Positions 9,931-19,409 are shown, counted from the stretch's first letter. The stretch: 64,000 bases of DNA from an uncultured Solirubrobacterales bacterium (GCA_963750695.1 CAVVSB010000002.1:68047-132046); one strand, 5' to 3'. Notes: generated by a model from the letters alone, not told the origin. Numbers and translations: made by a program.

Positions 9931-10489
9931 GCCGCACGCACCGGGCGCAATCCTTCTCGCGCGACACGGCCAGACGAACGACAACCTAGAGCCGATCCGG
10001 GCTCAGGGTTTCCGCGACACGCCGCTGAACGAGACCGGCCGCCGCCAGGCGGCGGCGCTCGCGGAGCGGGTCGCGGACATGGGCATCATCTCGATCTGGG
10101 CCTCGGACCTGAGCCGTGCTCGGGAAACGGCGGAGACCGTCGGCCGGCGGCTCCGCCTCGACGTGCGCTTCGATGCGCGGCTGCGCGAGGCGTACCGGGG
10201 CCGGTGGGAGGGCTACCGGTTCGTCGACATCGCACGCACCGACCCGGCCGGCTATGCGGCCTGGGTGCGCGCCGGTGAGGGGTTCCGCTTTCCCGGCGGC
10301 GAATCGCTGCTCGAGCAGCAGGAGCGCGTTGCGGCGACGCTCGAGGACGTCCGCGTAGCCGGCGAACTGCCGGCCCTCGTCGTCTGCCACCGCGGCTCGA
10401 TCCGCGTCATCCTGTGCCTCTCGCATCCGCGCGGCCTGGCGGCGTTCCACACCATCCCGGTGCCGAACACGGCGGTCGTGCCGCTGTGA
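9923..10489 (+). CDS. Histidine phosphatase family protein
   Basis: LARHGQT (RHG), LSRARET, E..GRWEG and VCHRGSI; start overlaps the comA stop. Confidence 0.9.
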   Translation: MIEPHAPGAILLARHGQTNDNLEPIRAQGFRDTPLNETGRRQAAALAERVADMGIISIWASDLSRARETAETVGRRLRLDVRFDARLREAYRGRWEGYRFVDIARTDPAGYAAWVRAGEGFRFPGGESLLEQQERVAATLEDVRVAGELPALVVCHRGSIRVILCLSHPRGLAAFHTIPVPNTAVVPL

Positions 10490-12258
10490 GGCGGCTCCCG
10501 GCGCTGGCGTTCGCCGCGCTCGTCATCGCGACGGTCGGGGCCTTCTTCGTCACCCAGCACCTCAAGTCCTCGACCCCGCTGTACGCCGGGTTCCCGCGCC
10601 CGAAGCCGCAGTGGATCAACCCGGTCAGCGGAGGCTCGTGCGACGGCGTCAGCCACCGGTCCACAAAGATCTCGTTCTATCTGCTGCACCGCGCCGACGA
10701 CGTCGACGTGTACATCGTCAACAGCGCCGGGGCGATCGTCCGCACGGTCGCCTCCGGCCGCCACATGCGCATCCGCGTCCGCCGCCCGGACGGGGAATTC
10801 GAGTGGGACGGGCGCACCGACAGCGGGGCCGTGGCGCCGGACGGGGTCTACCACTTCCGGGTCGCGCTGCGCCAGCAGGGTCGCACCGTGCAGCTGTCGC
10901 AGCCGGTGATCGTCGAGACCGTCCCGCCCCATCCGCGGGTGACGAGTGTCACGCCGGCGCTCATCCCACAGGACGGGACGCCGGCGCGCATCCGCTACCG
11001 CGGTAACGAGCGCCGGGGCGGGACGCTGCTGATCTACCGCACGGACGTGGCCGGGACGCCCCCGGTTGTCGAGAGCGTCCCGATCAGTCCCCGCGTGCCG
11101 GCGACGTGGGACGGGCTCATCGGCGGCCGTCCGGCGCCCGCGGGCACGTACCTGATGGGCCTCCGGTTCGTCGACCGCGCGTGCAACGTCGGACGCTTCC
11201 CGAGCGAATTGCCTCCCGTGCCCGGCTCGACCTCACACGCCGGGCTGACCGTGCGCTATCTCGCGGCGCAACCGCCGATGGCACCGGTTGCGGCCGGGTC
11301 ACGCGCGCTCGTCTGGGTCGACTCCCGGCAGCGGGCCTACCGGTGGGCGCTGACGCGCGTTGGTGCGCGCAAGCCGGTGGAGCATGGGACCGATCGTGCG
11401 GTCGCGCTCCACGTCCGTCTCCCGCGGTCGCTCGGCGCCGGCCTGTACGTCCTGGCGTTGCGGTCCGGTTCGCATCGCACCGCGGTCCCGCTCGTCGCCG
11501 ACGCGGCGAAGCCCGGGCCGCACGTGCTCGTCGTCCTACCCGCGCTCACCTGGCAGGGACTCAACCCGGTCGACGACAACGGCGACGGATTGCCAGACAC
11601 GCTGACGGCCGGGGGCCCGATTCGCCTGACGCGGCCGCTCGCCGACGGGCTCCCGCCGGGCTTCGACGATGAGGCGTCCCTGCTCGCCCACCTCGATCGC
11701 GCTCATCTGCCGTACGACCTGACGACCGACATCGGTGTGATCAATGGGGTCGGCCCGGCGCTCAGCGGTCACACCGGCGTCGCGCTCGCGGGCGCGCAGC
11801 GCTGGACCGCGCTGGCGTTTGGTGCGGGTCTGCGCGCGTTCGTCGCCCGCGGCGGGCGGGTCGCGTCGTTCGGCGTCGACACCCTGCGTGCCGGCGTCCG
11901 CGTCACCGGCAAGGTCGCGAGCAATCCCTCCGGTCTCGCCTCGACGGACCTGTTCGGGGTCGCTGCGGCGGCGTTGGCGCGCAGCCATGACCTGATCACG
12001 GTGATCCGGGACGACCTGCACATCTTCACGGCGACGTCCGGCGCGTTCCCCGGCTTCACGTCGTTCCAGCCGCTGCACGCGCCGCGCCCACCGGCATCGG
12101 CCGCCGGAACGAGTAACGCGACGACGAGCATCATCGGCGTGCACGTCGGTCGCGGGACGCTCGTCGAGGTCGCCCTCCCCGGCTTCGGTGCCGCCGTCGC
12201 CAGCAACGTCGACGCGCAGGAGTTCCTCGGGTCGCTGTGGACGTTCCTCCGTCGCTGA
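10486..12258 (+). CDS. Secreted protein with FlgD Ig-like domain and N,N-dimethylformamidase beta-subunit-like C-terminal domain
   Basis: Signal/TM; IVRTV..G...FEWDGRTDSG...PDGVY FlgD pattern; VLVVLPALTWQGLN resembles the DMFase-beta domain; GTGA overlap with the upstream gene. Confidence 0.6.
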   Translation: MRRLPALAFAALVIATVGAFFVTQHLKSSTPLYAGFPRPKPQWINPVSGGSCDGVSHRSTKISFYLLHRADDVDVYIVNSAGAIVRTVASGRHMRIRVRRPDGEFEWDGRTDSGAVAPDGVYHFRVALRQQGRTVQLSQPVIVETVPPHPRVTSVTPALIPQDGTPARIRYRGNERRGGTLLIYRTDVAGTPPVVESVPISPRVPATWDGLIGGRPAPAGTYLMGLRFVDRACNVGRFPSELPPVPGSTSHAGLTVRYLAAQPPMAPVAAGSRALVWVDSRQRAYRWALTRVGARKPVEHGTDRAVALHVRLPRSLGAGLYVLALRSGSHRTAVPLVADAAKPGPHVLVVLPALTWQGLNPVDDNGDGLPDTLTAGGPIRLTRPLADGLPPGFDDEASLLAHLDRAHLPYDLTTDIGVINGVGPALSGHTGVALAGAQRWTALAFGAGLRAFVARGGRVASFGVDTLRAGVRVTGKVASNPSGLASTDLFGVAAAALARSHDLITVIRDDLHIFTATSGAFPGFTSFQPLHAPRPPASAAGTSNATTSIIGVHVGRGTLVEVALPGFGAAVASNVDAQEFLGSLWTFLRR

Positions 12259-12274
12259 TGGCGACGGAGCTCCG

Positions 12275-12679
12275 TCAGCGGTCGCCCGCCGGAGGTTCTC
12301 CGGGCGGGGGTGCTGGCACCGAGCCACCCGACGTCGACGCGACCCCGGCCGCAACCTCGGCCGCTGCTGCTGCGGCCCCGGCCACGGTCACCGCCTCGGG
12401 ATGCTTGGCTGCGGCGTGGTCGGCGAGGACCTGCTCGGCCGTCGGGGAGTCGCGGGGATGGTGCTTGCGACAGACGATGTGGTCGGTGCCGGCGACGGGG
12501 TGGCGGCCGATCCGGAAGCAGCCCTTCACGACGCAGTTGTGCCGGCGGAAGATGGCGTACGCACCGCCGAGCAACGTGATGTCGGCCAGTGGTCCGCTGA
12601 CGAAGTTGTAACCGTCCGGGTCGTGCCAGGTCCAGCGCAGGGCCTCCCAGAGCCCGCTGAGGAAAGCCGCGTGGAGCAC
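12275..12679 (-). CDS. Small membrane protein with a His/Cys-rich motif (HNC-x4-C...H...C-x2-HH)
   Basis: 134-aa ORF with one hydrophobic segment, then RRHNCVVKGCFRIGRHPVAGTDHIVCRKHHP; TACCTT -10 box 8 nt upstream. Confidence 0.65.
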   Translation of the reverse strand: MLHAAFLSGLWEALRWTWHDPDGYNFVSGPLADITLLGGAYAIFRRHNCVVKGCFRIGRHPVAGTDHIVCRKHHPRDSPTAEQVLADHAAAKHPEAVTVAGAAAAAAEVAAGVASTSGGSVPAPPPGEPPAGDR

Positions 12680-12755
12680 GGCGCGGCAAGGTAGTCCTCC
12701 GCCCGGACGGAGCCACGGGCGTCGACCGCCCGTCCAATCCGTACCGTGTGGCGGC

Positions 12756-14222
12756 GTGACCGGCTACCTCAAGCGCCTCGTCAGCTCGCTCGCGGCCTAT
12801 CAGCTCGCCGACGTCGTCTCGAAGTTCATCGCGGTGCTGCTGTTGCCGGTGTACACGCGGTACATCAATCCCGCGGGCTACGGCGTTGTCGAGTTGCTCG
12901 CCAACGGGGTGATCTTCGTCAGCATCCTGGTGCGCTTCGGGATGATCGAGGCGTTCCTCCGCTACTACTACACCGACGAGGACCCGCAGACACGCGATGC
13001 GCTCGTCCGGCGCGCGTTCGTGTTCCTGCTCATCACCACGACGGTCACGGCGGCGATCCTCGCCGCGTTCGCCGGTCCGTTGTCGAAGATCGTGCTCGGC
13101 CATCGGGACACGACCACGTTCCTGATCGCGGTGCTCGGGCTGTGGACGTTCACGAACCTCGAGTTTGCCTACGGCCTGCTCCGCGTCGACGAGCGATTGC
13201 GCGTGTACGCGATCGCGACGGTCTCCAACGTCCTGTTCACCGTGGCGCTGACCGTAATCCTCGTCGTCGGCCTCGGCAAGGGGTACCGCGGCCTGCTGCT
13301 CGGCAACTACGCCGTGTCGACCGTCGTGCTGTTCGTGCTGTGGTGGACGATGCGCCACCGGCTGCGGCCGCACCACGGTCGCGGGGAAAGACTTGCCGCG
13401 CTCCTGCGTTTCGGCCTGCCGACCGTGCCCGCCGAGATCTCCGTGTATGCGCTCAACATCATCGACCGCTATTTCATCTATCACCAGCGCAGCCCCGCCC
13501 TCGCCGGTCTCTACTCGATCGCGGTGAAGCTGGCCGGGGCGGTGGCGTTCATCGTGCGCGCGTTCCAGTACGCCTGGCCGCCGCTCGCGTATTCCGTGAC
13601 CGATGACGCAGAAGCGGCCCGTCTGTACGGCCTCGTGACGACGTACTACGTGCTCGTCGCCGGGTGGGCGGTCGCGGGGCTCGCCCTGCTCGGGCGGTGG
13701 GTGCTCCGGGTGCTCACCACGCCGGAGTTCTACGGCGCCTACAAGGCGCTGACGTGGGTCTCGCTCGGGTGGGCGATGTACGGCCTGTGGGTCGTGTTCC
13801 TCGTGATCGCCGGGCGTGCCAAGGTGACGACGCGCAACTTCCCGGCCTCGCTCGCCGGGCTGGCCGCGAACATCGTGCTCCTGATCGTGCTCGTGCCGCC
13901 GCTCGGCATCGCCGGTGCCGGGCTCGCGCTGTGCGGCGCGTACGTCGCGATGCTCGGGCTCATGTACGTGCTCACTCGCCGGCTGTTCACGGTCGCGTTC
14001 GAGTGGCGGCGACTCGTCCAGATCGTCGTCATCGCGGGCGGGATTGCGGCGGCGGGCGATCTGATGCTGCCGACGCACGGCCTATCCGGGTTCGTCTCCC
14101 GGGCGGTGGCGTTCGCCCTCGTCCCGGTGCTGCTGTTCGCGACCCGGTTCGCCCACCGCGAGGAGCTGCTGCAGCTTCGTGCCCTCCTCGCCCGACTGCG
14201 CCCTGCGGGAGGGACGGCATGA
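12756..14222 (+). CDS. Oligosaccharide flippase (Wzx/MOP family)
   Basis: About 12-14 TMs; LLPVYTRY..PAGYG, LLRFGLP, IDRYFI and GLYSIAVKLA. Confidence 0.9.
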   Translation: MTGYLKRLVSSLAAYQLADVVSKFIAVLLLPVYTRYINPAGYGVVELLANGVIFVSILVRFGMIEAFLRYYYTDEDPQTRDALVRRAFVFLLITTTVTAAILAAFAGPLSKIVLGHRDTTTFLIAVLGLWTFTNLEFAYGLLRVDERLRVYAIATVSNVLFTVALTVILVVGLGKGYRGLLLGNYAVSTVVLFVLWWTMRHRLRPHHGRGERLAALLRFGLPTVPAEISVYALNIIDRYFIYHQRSPALAGLYSIAVKLAGAVAFIVRAFQYAWPPLAYSVTDDAEAARLYGLVTTYYVLVAGWAVAGLALLGRWVLRVLTTPEFYGAYKALTWVSLGWAMYGLWVVFLVIAGRAKVTTRNFPASLAGLAANIVLLIVLVPPLGIAGAGLALCGAYVAMLGLMYVLTRRLFTVAFEWRRLVQIVVIAGGIAAAGDLMLPTHGLSGFVSRAVAFALVPVLLFATRFAHREELLQLRALLARLRPAGGTA

Positions 14223-15529
14223 GCCGGCCGCCGGTCACCGTGGTGATGCCGTTCGCGGGGACGCGGCGGGAGGCCGACGCGGCGCTCGCCTCGCTTGCGG
14301 CGCTCGACATCCGGCCCGGCGACGAATTGCTGTTCGTCGACAACACACGCGACCCGGTGACGACGGGTCCCGAGACGACGGTCACGATCGTCCGCGCGGT
14401 CGCCGAGCATTCGCCCGCATACGCGCGGAACATCGGCGCCGAAGGGGCCCGCAACGCGTGGGTGCTGTTCCTCGACGCCGACACGCGGGCACCGGCCGAC
14501 CTGCTCGACGCCTACTTTGCGGCCGGGGAGCCCGCGGCCGACGTCGGCGCGCTCGCCGGTGAGGTCGTCGGGGCGGCGGGCGATGTGAGCGTCGCCGCCC
14601 GCTACGGCGCCGCGCGCGGCTTCCTCAGCCAGGCGACGCACCTGGCGCACCCGTACCGCCCGCGGGCTGTCGCAGCGAACCTGCTCGTCCGGGGCGACGC
14701 CTTTGCGCAGATCGGCGGCTTTTACGAGGGCGTCCGCGCGGCCGAGGACACCGATTTCAGCTGGCGCCTGCAGCAGGCGGGGTGGCGGCTCGAGCTGCGG
14801 CCGGACGCTCGCGTCGAGCATGTGTACCGCACCACCGTGCGCGCCCTACGTCGGCAGTGGCGCGGGTATGCGGCCGGCCGGGCGTGGCTCGGTCGCCGCT
14901 ACGAGGGGTTCGCCCCGGAGCCGGCGCTGCGCCGCGTCCTGCGTGGGCAGGGGCGGCGCTCGGGCGGGTCCGGTGCGCCGGCACGTCCGGGCGGGCCGCC
15001 CTCGCCCCTCGAGCGCGCGCGGCATCTCGTCCTCGACGGCGTGCTCGCGATCGAGGAACTCGTCGGCTTCCTCCTCTCCAACCAGCCGCGCCGCCGCCGC
15101 ATGGCTGAGAGGCCGCAGGTCGTGCTCGTCGCGGACCGCTTCCCCGCTCAGGACGATCCGCTCGTCGAGTTCGCCCGCGCGCTCGATCGTGCCCGGGTCG
15201 AGGCCGTTGCGCGCCCGTCACGGGTGTCCCCGGAGGCGTCCCGTGCCCTGCGCATCGACTATCGCGAGGACGACGGGGCGGCTGCGCGAGCGATCGCGAT
15301 CGCACGGTTGGCGCTCCGCCACCCGCTGCGGATGATCCGGGCCGCGCGATCCGGCGAGCCGGGCATCGCGGAGCTGGCTCCGGCGGCGGTTCGGCTCGCC
15401 CGTGAGCCCGCGGCGCGGCTGCAGGCGCTCGGCGGCGGCGAAGCAGAGCGGATCGCGGCGGCGCTCGCCCGGTTGAGCGGCCGGCCGAGCGACGGCGGCC
15501 GGCACACCGAGGGCGGCGGAGCCGTCTGA
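14219..15529 (+). CDS. Glycosyltransferase family 2 with a C-terminal extension
   Basis: VTVVMPF, FVDN, LFLDAD and GGFYEGVRAAEDTDF; ATGA overlap with the flippase. Confidence 0.85.
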   Translation: MSRPPVTVVMPFAGTRREADAALASLAALDIRPGDELLFVDNTRDPVTTGPETTVTIVRAVAEHSPAYARNIGAEGARNAWVLFLDADTRAPADLLDAYFAAGEPAADVGALAGEVVGAAGDVSVAARYGAARGFLSQATHLAHPYRPRAVAANLLVRGDAFAQIGGFYEGVRAAEDTDFSWRLQQAGWRLELRPDARVEHVYRTTVRALRRQWRGYAAGRAWLGRRYEGFAPEPALRRVLRGQGRRSGGSGAPARPGGPPSPLERARHLVLDGVLAIEELVGFLLSNQPRRRRMAERPQVVLVADRFPAQDDPLVEFARALDRARVEAVARPSRVSPEASRALRIDYREDDGAAARAIAIARLALRHPLRMIRAARSGEPGIAELAPAAVRLAREPAARLQALGGGEAERIAAALARLSGRPSDGGRHTEGGGAV

Positions 15530-16632
15530 TGCGCGTCGATCTCATCGACGCGTCGGCGTTCACACCTCCGTACGAGCATGCGCTCGCCGCTGCGCTCGCC
15601 CGCGCCGGGGTGACCGTCCGGCTCGTCACGAGTCGCTTTCCGTATGCGGAGGTTCCGGCGCCGGAGGGATACTCCGTGTGCGAACACTTCTACCGGCACG
15701 CCCGCGGCGCGGCCGGGTCACGCGCGCGCCGGCTCTCAAAGCTGGCCGAGCACGTCCCCGACATGCTCCGCTATCGCCGGCTGCGCCGAGACGCGGACAT
15801 CGCGCACTTCCAGTGGCTCGATGTGCAGTGGCTCGACGGCGTCCTGCTGCCCACGCGGCCGCGGGTGCTGACCGCGCACGACCTGCTCCCGCGCGAGCCG
15901 AGGCCGGGTCAGGCGGCCGCCCAGCGGCGCCTGCTCCGGCGGATGGACGCCGTCATCGCTCACTCCGACTACGGACGGCGACAACTGATCGACGGTCTCG
16001 GGCTCGCCCCGGAGCGCGTCCACGTCATTCATCACGGTGCGTTCGACCACCTGACGGCGCGCGCCGACGAGCGGCCGCTGCCCGAGGAGCTGCAACACGT
16101 CGACACGCCGGTCGTCCTGTTCTTCGGGCTGCTGCGGCCGTACAAGGGTCTCGACGTGCTGCTCGACGCCTGGCGCGGTGTGGCCGATGCGGAGCTGTGG
16201 ATCGTCGGGCATCCACGGATGCCGCTCGAGCCGTTGCAGGCGCGCGCCGGGGCGGGCGTCCGCTTCGTCACGCGGTTCGTCGCCGACAGCGAGCTGCCGG
16301 CGTTCTTCCGCCGCGCCGACGTCGTCGTGCTCCCGTACACGCGGACCGAGCGATTCGATCAGTCCGGGGTGCTCGCGACGGCACTCGCGTTCGGCACGCC
16401 GAGCGTGCTCAGCGACATCGGGGGGTTCGCCGAGATCGCCGCGACGGGCGCCGGCCGGCTCGTGCCGCCGGGTGATGCCGTCGCGCTCCACGAGGCGCTG
16501 ACGTGGCTCCTCGGCGACGCCGCGCTCCGGAGGCAAATGGGTGAGGCGGCGGCGCGGGCGGCGGCGAAACCGTATTCGTGGGATGCAGCGGCCCGCCGCA
16601 CGCTCGACCTGTACGAGTCGCTCCTGGGGTGA
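15529..16632 (+). CDS. Glycosyltransferase family 4
   Basis: LTAHD, FFGLLRPYKG, ADVVVLPY and QSGVLATALAFGTP. Confidence 0.92.
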   Translation: MRVDLIDASAFTPPYEHALAAALARAGVTVRLVTSRFPYAEVPAPEGYSVCEHFYRHARGAAGSRARRLSKLAEHVPDMLRYRRLRRDADIAHFQWLDVQWLDGVLLPTRPRVLTAHDLLPREPRPGQAAAQRRLLRRMDAVIAHSDYGRRQLIDGLGLAPERVHVIHHGAFDHLTARADERPLPEELQHVDTPVVLFFGLLRPYKGLDVLLDAWRGVADAELWIVGHPRMPLEPLQARAGAGVRFVTRFVADSELPAFFRRADVVVLPYTRTERFDQSGVLATALAFGTPSVLSDIGGFAEIAATGAGRLVPPGDAVALHEALTWLLGDAALRRQMGEAAARAAAKPYSWDAAARRTLDLYESLLG

Positions 16633-16675
16633 CGGCGCGGTCGGCAGGCGCGGCGGTCGGTCACAATCCGCCGCC

Positions 16676-17833
16676 GTGACCGTGCTCGCGATTCTGTTCT
16701 GGGTCTGCACCGGCCTGCTCATCTACACGCACGTGGGCTACCCGGTGGTGCTGGCGCTGCTGGCGCGGCTGCGGCGCGGCCCGCGTGGCGCGAGCGGCGC
16801 GAGCAGGCGACGAGCGGCGGGCGCCGACACCGCCGCCCTGCCCGAGGTCTCGGTGATCATCGCCGCGTACGCCGAGGAGGACGTCATCGCTCCCCGGATC
16901 GAGAACCTGCGGTCCCTCGACTACCCCGCGGACAAGGTCGAGGTGATCGTCGCGTGCGACGGGTCACCGGATGCGACGGCAAACCGCGCTCGAGACGCTG
17001 GCGCCGACGTCGTGCTCGAACTCCCCCGGGGAGGCAAGATCCGGGCGCAGGACGCAGGCGTCGATCGATCCCGCGGCGCGCTCGTCGCGTTCTCGGATGC
17101 CAACGCCCTGTGGGAGCCCGCCGCGCTACGCCGCCTCGCGAGCGCGTTCGACGATGCACGCGTCGGCTACGCCTGCGGCCAGGTGCGGTTCGTCAACGAG
17201 CACGGCTCGAACCAGGAGGGGCTCTACTGGCGATACGAGATGGGCGTCCGCGGGCTCGAATCGCGGGTGCGGTCGGTCACCGGCGGTAACGGCGCGATCT
17301 ACGCCACGCGCCGCGAGTCCTACCTCGTCGTCGACCCGATCATGGGCCACGACCTGTCGTTCCCATTCAACATGGTCAAGCGCGGATGGCGAGCGGTCTA
17401 CGTGCCGGACGCCCGGGCGACCGAGAAGATGGTGCCGACGATCGAGGGCGAATTCGCCCGCAAGCGGCGGATGATGAGCCACGGGTGGCCGATCGTCCTC
17501 CGCGGCGGGATGCTCTCGCCACGCGGTTACGACCCGCTGTACGCACTGATGATCTTCTCGCACCGGATCCTGCGCTACATGTCCCCGTTCCTGCACCTGG
17601 CGGCTCTCGGGCTGAGCATCGCTCTCGTCGGGCAGGGTTGGATCTACATCGCCGCGGTGGCCGTGCAGGTGGCGATCCTGATCGCTGCGCTGCTCGCGCC
17701 GCTGGTACGCGTCAAGCCGTTTCTCGTCGCGCGGTATTACGTGATGACGACGGCCTCGCTCGCCGCCGGCCTGTGGGACTGGCTCGCCCACGGGACGGCC
17801 GCTGGCTGGGAGCCCGCCGAGGGCACGCGATGA
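16676..17833 (+). CDS. Glycosyltransferase family 2 (membrane-associated, PgaC/IcaA-like)
   Basis: VSVIIAAYAEE, VACDGSPD, AFSDAN and NGAIYATR; C-terminal TMs; GTG start at 16676 inferred. Confidence 0.88.
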   Translation: MTVLAILFWVCTGLLIYTHVGYPVVLALLARLRRGPRGASGASRRRAAGADTAALPEVSVIIAAYAEEDVIAPRIENLRSLDYPADKVEVIVACDGSPDATANRARDAGADVVLELPRGGKIRAQDAGVDRSRGALVAFSDANALWEPAALRRLASAFDDARVGYACGQVRFVNEHGSNQEGLYWRYEMGVRGLESRVRSVTGGNGAIYATRRESYLVVDPIMGHDLSFPFNMVKRGWRAVYVPDARATEKMVPTIEGEFARKRRMMSHGWPIVLRGGMLSPRGYDPLYALMIFSHRILRYMSPFLHLAALGLSIALVGQGWIYIAAVAVQVAILIAALLAPLVRVKPFLVARYYVMTTASLAAGLWDWLAHGTAAGWEPAEGTR

Positions 17834-18420
17834 AACGCTCTCTCGACGTCGTGCTTGGCCTCGCCGGGGCGATCGTCTCGGCACCGTTCGTCGCCCTGCT
17901 CGCGCTGCTCATCCGGCTTGAGACGCCGGGGCACCCGATTTACACGCAGACCCGGGTCGGCCTCGACGGGCGGACGTTTGCGATCTACAAGCTGCGGACG
18001 ATGGTCCGCGGCGCCGAGTTCACCGGCGCCGGGCTCTCGATCCAGGAGGGCGATGACCGGATCACCCGGATCGGGGCTTGGCTGCGGCGCTACTCACTCG
18101 ACGAGCTCCCGAATCTCTGGAACGTCGTCCGCGGTGACATGTCGATCGTCGGCCCGCGCCCGACGATTCCGGTGCAGGTCGAGCAGTACACCGAGCGCCA
18201 GCGCGGCCGTCTGTGCGTCAAGCCAGGAATCACCGGCTGGGCGCAAATCAAGGGGCGCGCCGCCCTACCCTGGTCTGAGCGGATCGAGCTCGACCTCTGG
18301 TACGTCGAGCACCAATCGCTCGCGCTCGATCTGAAGATCGTGGTGCGGACCATTGAGATGGTCTTCACCGGACGAGGCCTCTACAAGGGAGAAACTGGCG
18401 GATGGCACCCCCGGGCGTAG
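17830..18420 (+). CDS. Initiating polyprenyl-phosphate phosphoglycosyl transferase (PglC-like 'sugar transferase')
   Basis: KRSLDV, YKLRTM, DDRITRIG, SLDELP, GPRP and KPGITGWAQI; ATGA overlap. Confidence 0.93.
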   Translation: MKRSLDVVLGLAGAIVSAPFVALLALLIRLETPGHPIYTQTRVGLDGRTFAIYKLRTMVRGAEFTGAGLSIQEGDDRITRIGAWLRRYSLDELPNLWNVVRGDMSIVGPRPTIPVQVEQYTERQRGRLCVKPGITGWAQIKGRAALPWSERIELDLWYVEHQSLALDLKIVVRTIEMVFTGRGLYKGETGGWHPRA

Positions 18421-19409
18421 ACATCGGCGTCCTGTTGACCGGTGTCGGCAAGCGCTACGACATCGTCTCGGCGTTCGCCCAGCACGCGACGGTCGTCGCC
18501 GCGGACCCGAACCCACTGGCGCCGGCCCAGTACGCGGCGCACCATCGCGTGGCGGTTCCCCGGATCGCCGATCCGGAGTATGTGCCGGCGCTCCAGGCGC
18601 TGTGCGAGCAACACAACGTCGGCGCCGTGGTCCCGCTGACCGACCTCGACATCGAGGTGCTCGCGCACGCGCGCGAGGCCGGCCAGCTGCCGGCGTTTGT
18701 CCCGGATCCGGAGATCGCGCGCGCGACGTTCGACAAGTACGAGGCCCATCTGCTGCTCGGACGTCACGACCTGCCGTCCCCGCTGACGGTGCTCCCGGGC
18801 GAGCCGGTCCCGTCGTTTCCGGTGATGGTCAAGCCGCGCCAGGGGTCGGGCGCGCGCTCGATCCACCGCGCCGACGACGCGCGTGCGGCAGAGTTCTTCG
18901 TCGACTACGTCAAGGAGCCGACGATGGTCCAGCGGTTGATGGACGGCCCGGAGTTCTCGATCGACTGTCTGTCGGACCTCGACGGGCGGTGCCTGAACGC
19001 GATCCCGCGCACGATGATCGAGTCGCGGGGCGGCGAATCGATCAAGGGCACGGTGATCGCCGACCCCGAGTTGATCGAACTCGGCCGTCGGGTCGTCGAG
19101 TCGCTCGGGGTGCGCGGCCCATGCACCGTCCAGGCGTTCCGCGACCGGCAGATCGGCCTCGGCATCACCGACGTCAACACGCGCTTTGGCGGTGCTTTCC
19201 CGGCCCCGATGTACGCGGCCCGGCCGGGGTGCACATATCCCGAGCTGATCGCCCGGATGGCTCGCGGCGAGCAGATCGAGCCGCACGTCGGCGACTTCCG
19301 AGCCGGCGTGACGTTTACGCGCTATTTCTGGCAGCTCGAACTCGACGAGGAACTCCGGCCGACCGGCCGGGACATCGTCAAGCCTCCGGGTCCGCCCGCA
19401 CCGAGGTAG
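18402..19409 (+). CDS. ATP-grasp domain protein (carbamoyl-phosphate-synthase-like, polysaccharide-locus type)
   Basis: LLTGVGKR, VPLTDLD, DKYEAH, VKPRQGSGARSI, EFSIDC and DVNTRFGGA. Confidence 0.85.
   Translation: MAPPGVDIGVLLTGVGKRYDIVSAFAQHATVVAADPNPLAPAQYAAHHRVAVPRIADPEYVPALQALCEQHNVGAVVPLTDLDIEVLAHAREAGQLPAFVPDPEIARATFDKYEAHLLLGRHDLPSPLTVLPGEPVPSFPVMVKPRQGSGARSIHRADDARAAEFFVDYVKEPTMVQRLMDGPEFSIDCLSDLDGRCLNAIPRTMIESRGGESIKGTVIADPELIELGRRVVESLGVRGPCTVQAFRDRQIGLGITDVNTRFGGAFPAPMYAARPGCTYPELIARMARGEQIEPHVGDFRAGVTFTRYFWQLELDEELRPTGRDIVKPPGPPAPR

Noticed and set aside
11769-14078. 769-aa minus-strand ORF
   Set aside because: It is an antisense shadow of the flippase and FlgD genes, has no motifs, and is expected in 70% GC DNA.
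13664-14218. Upstream extension of the GT2 ORF
   Set aside because: It is out of frame within the flippase. The ATGA overlap at 14219 gives the natural start.
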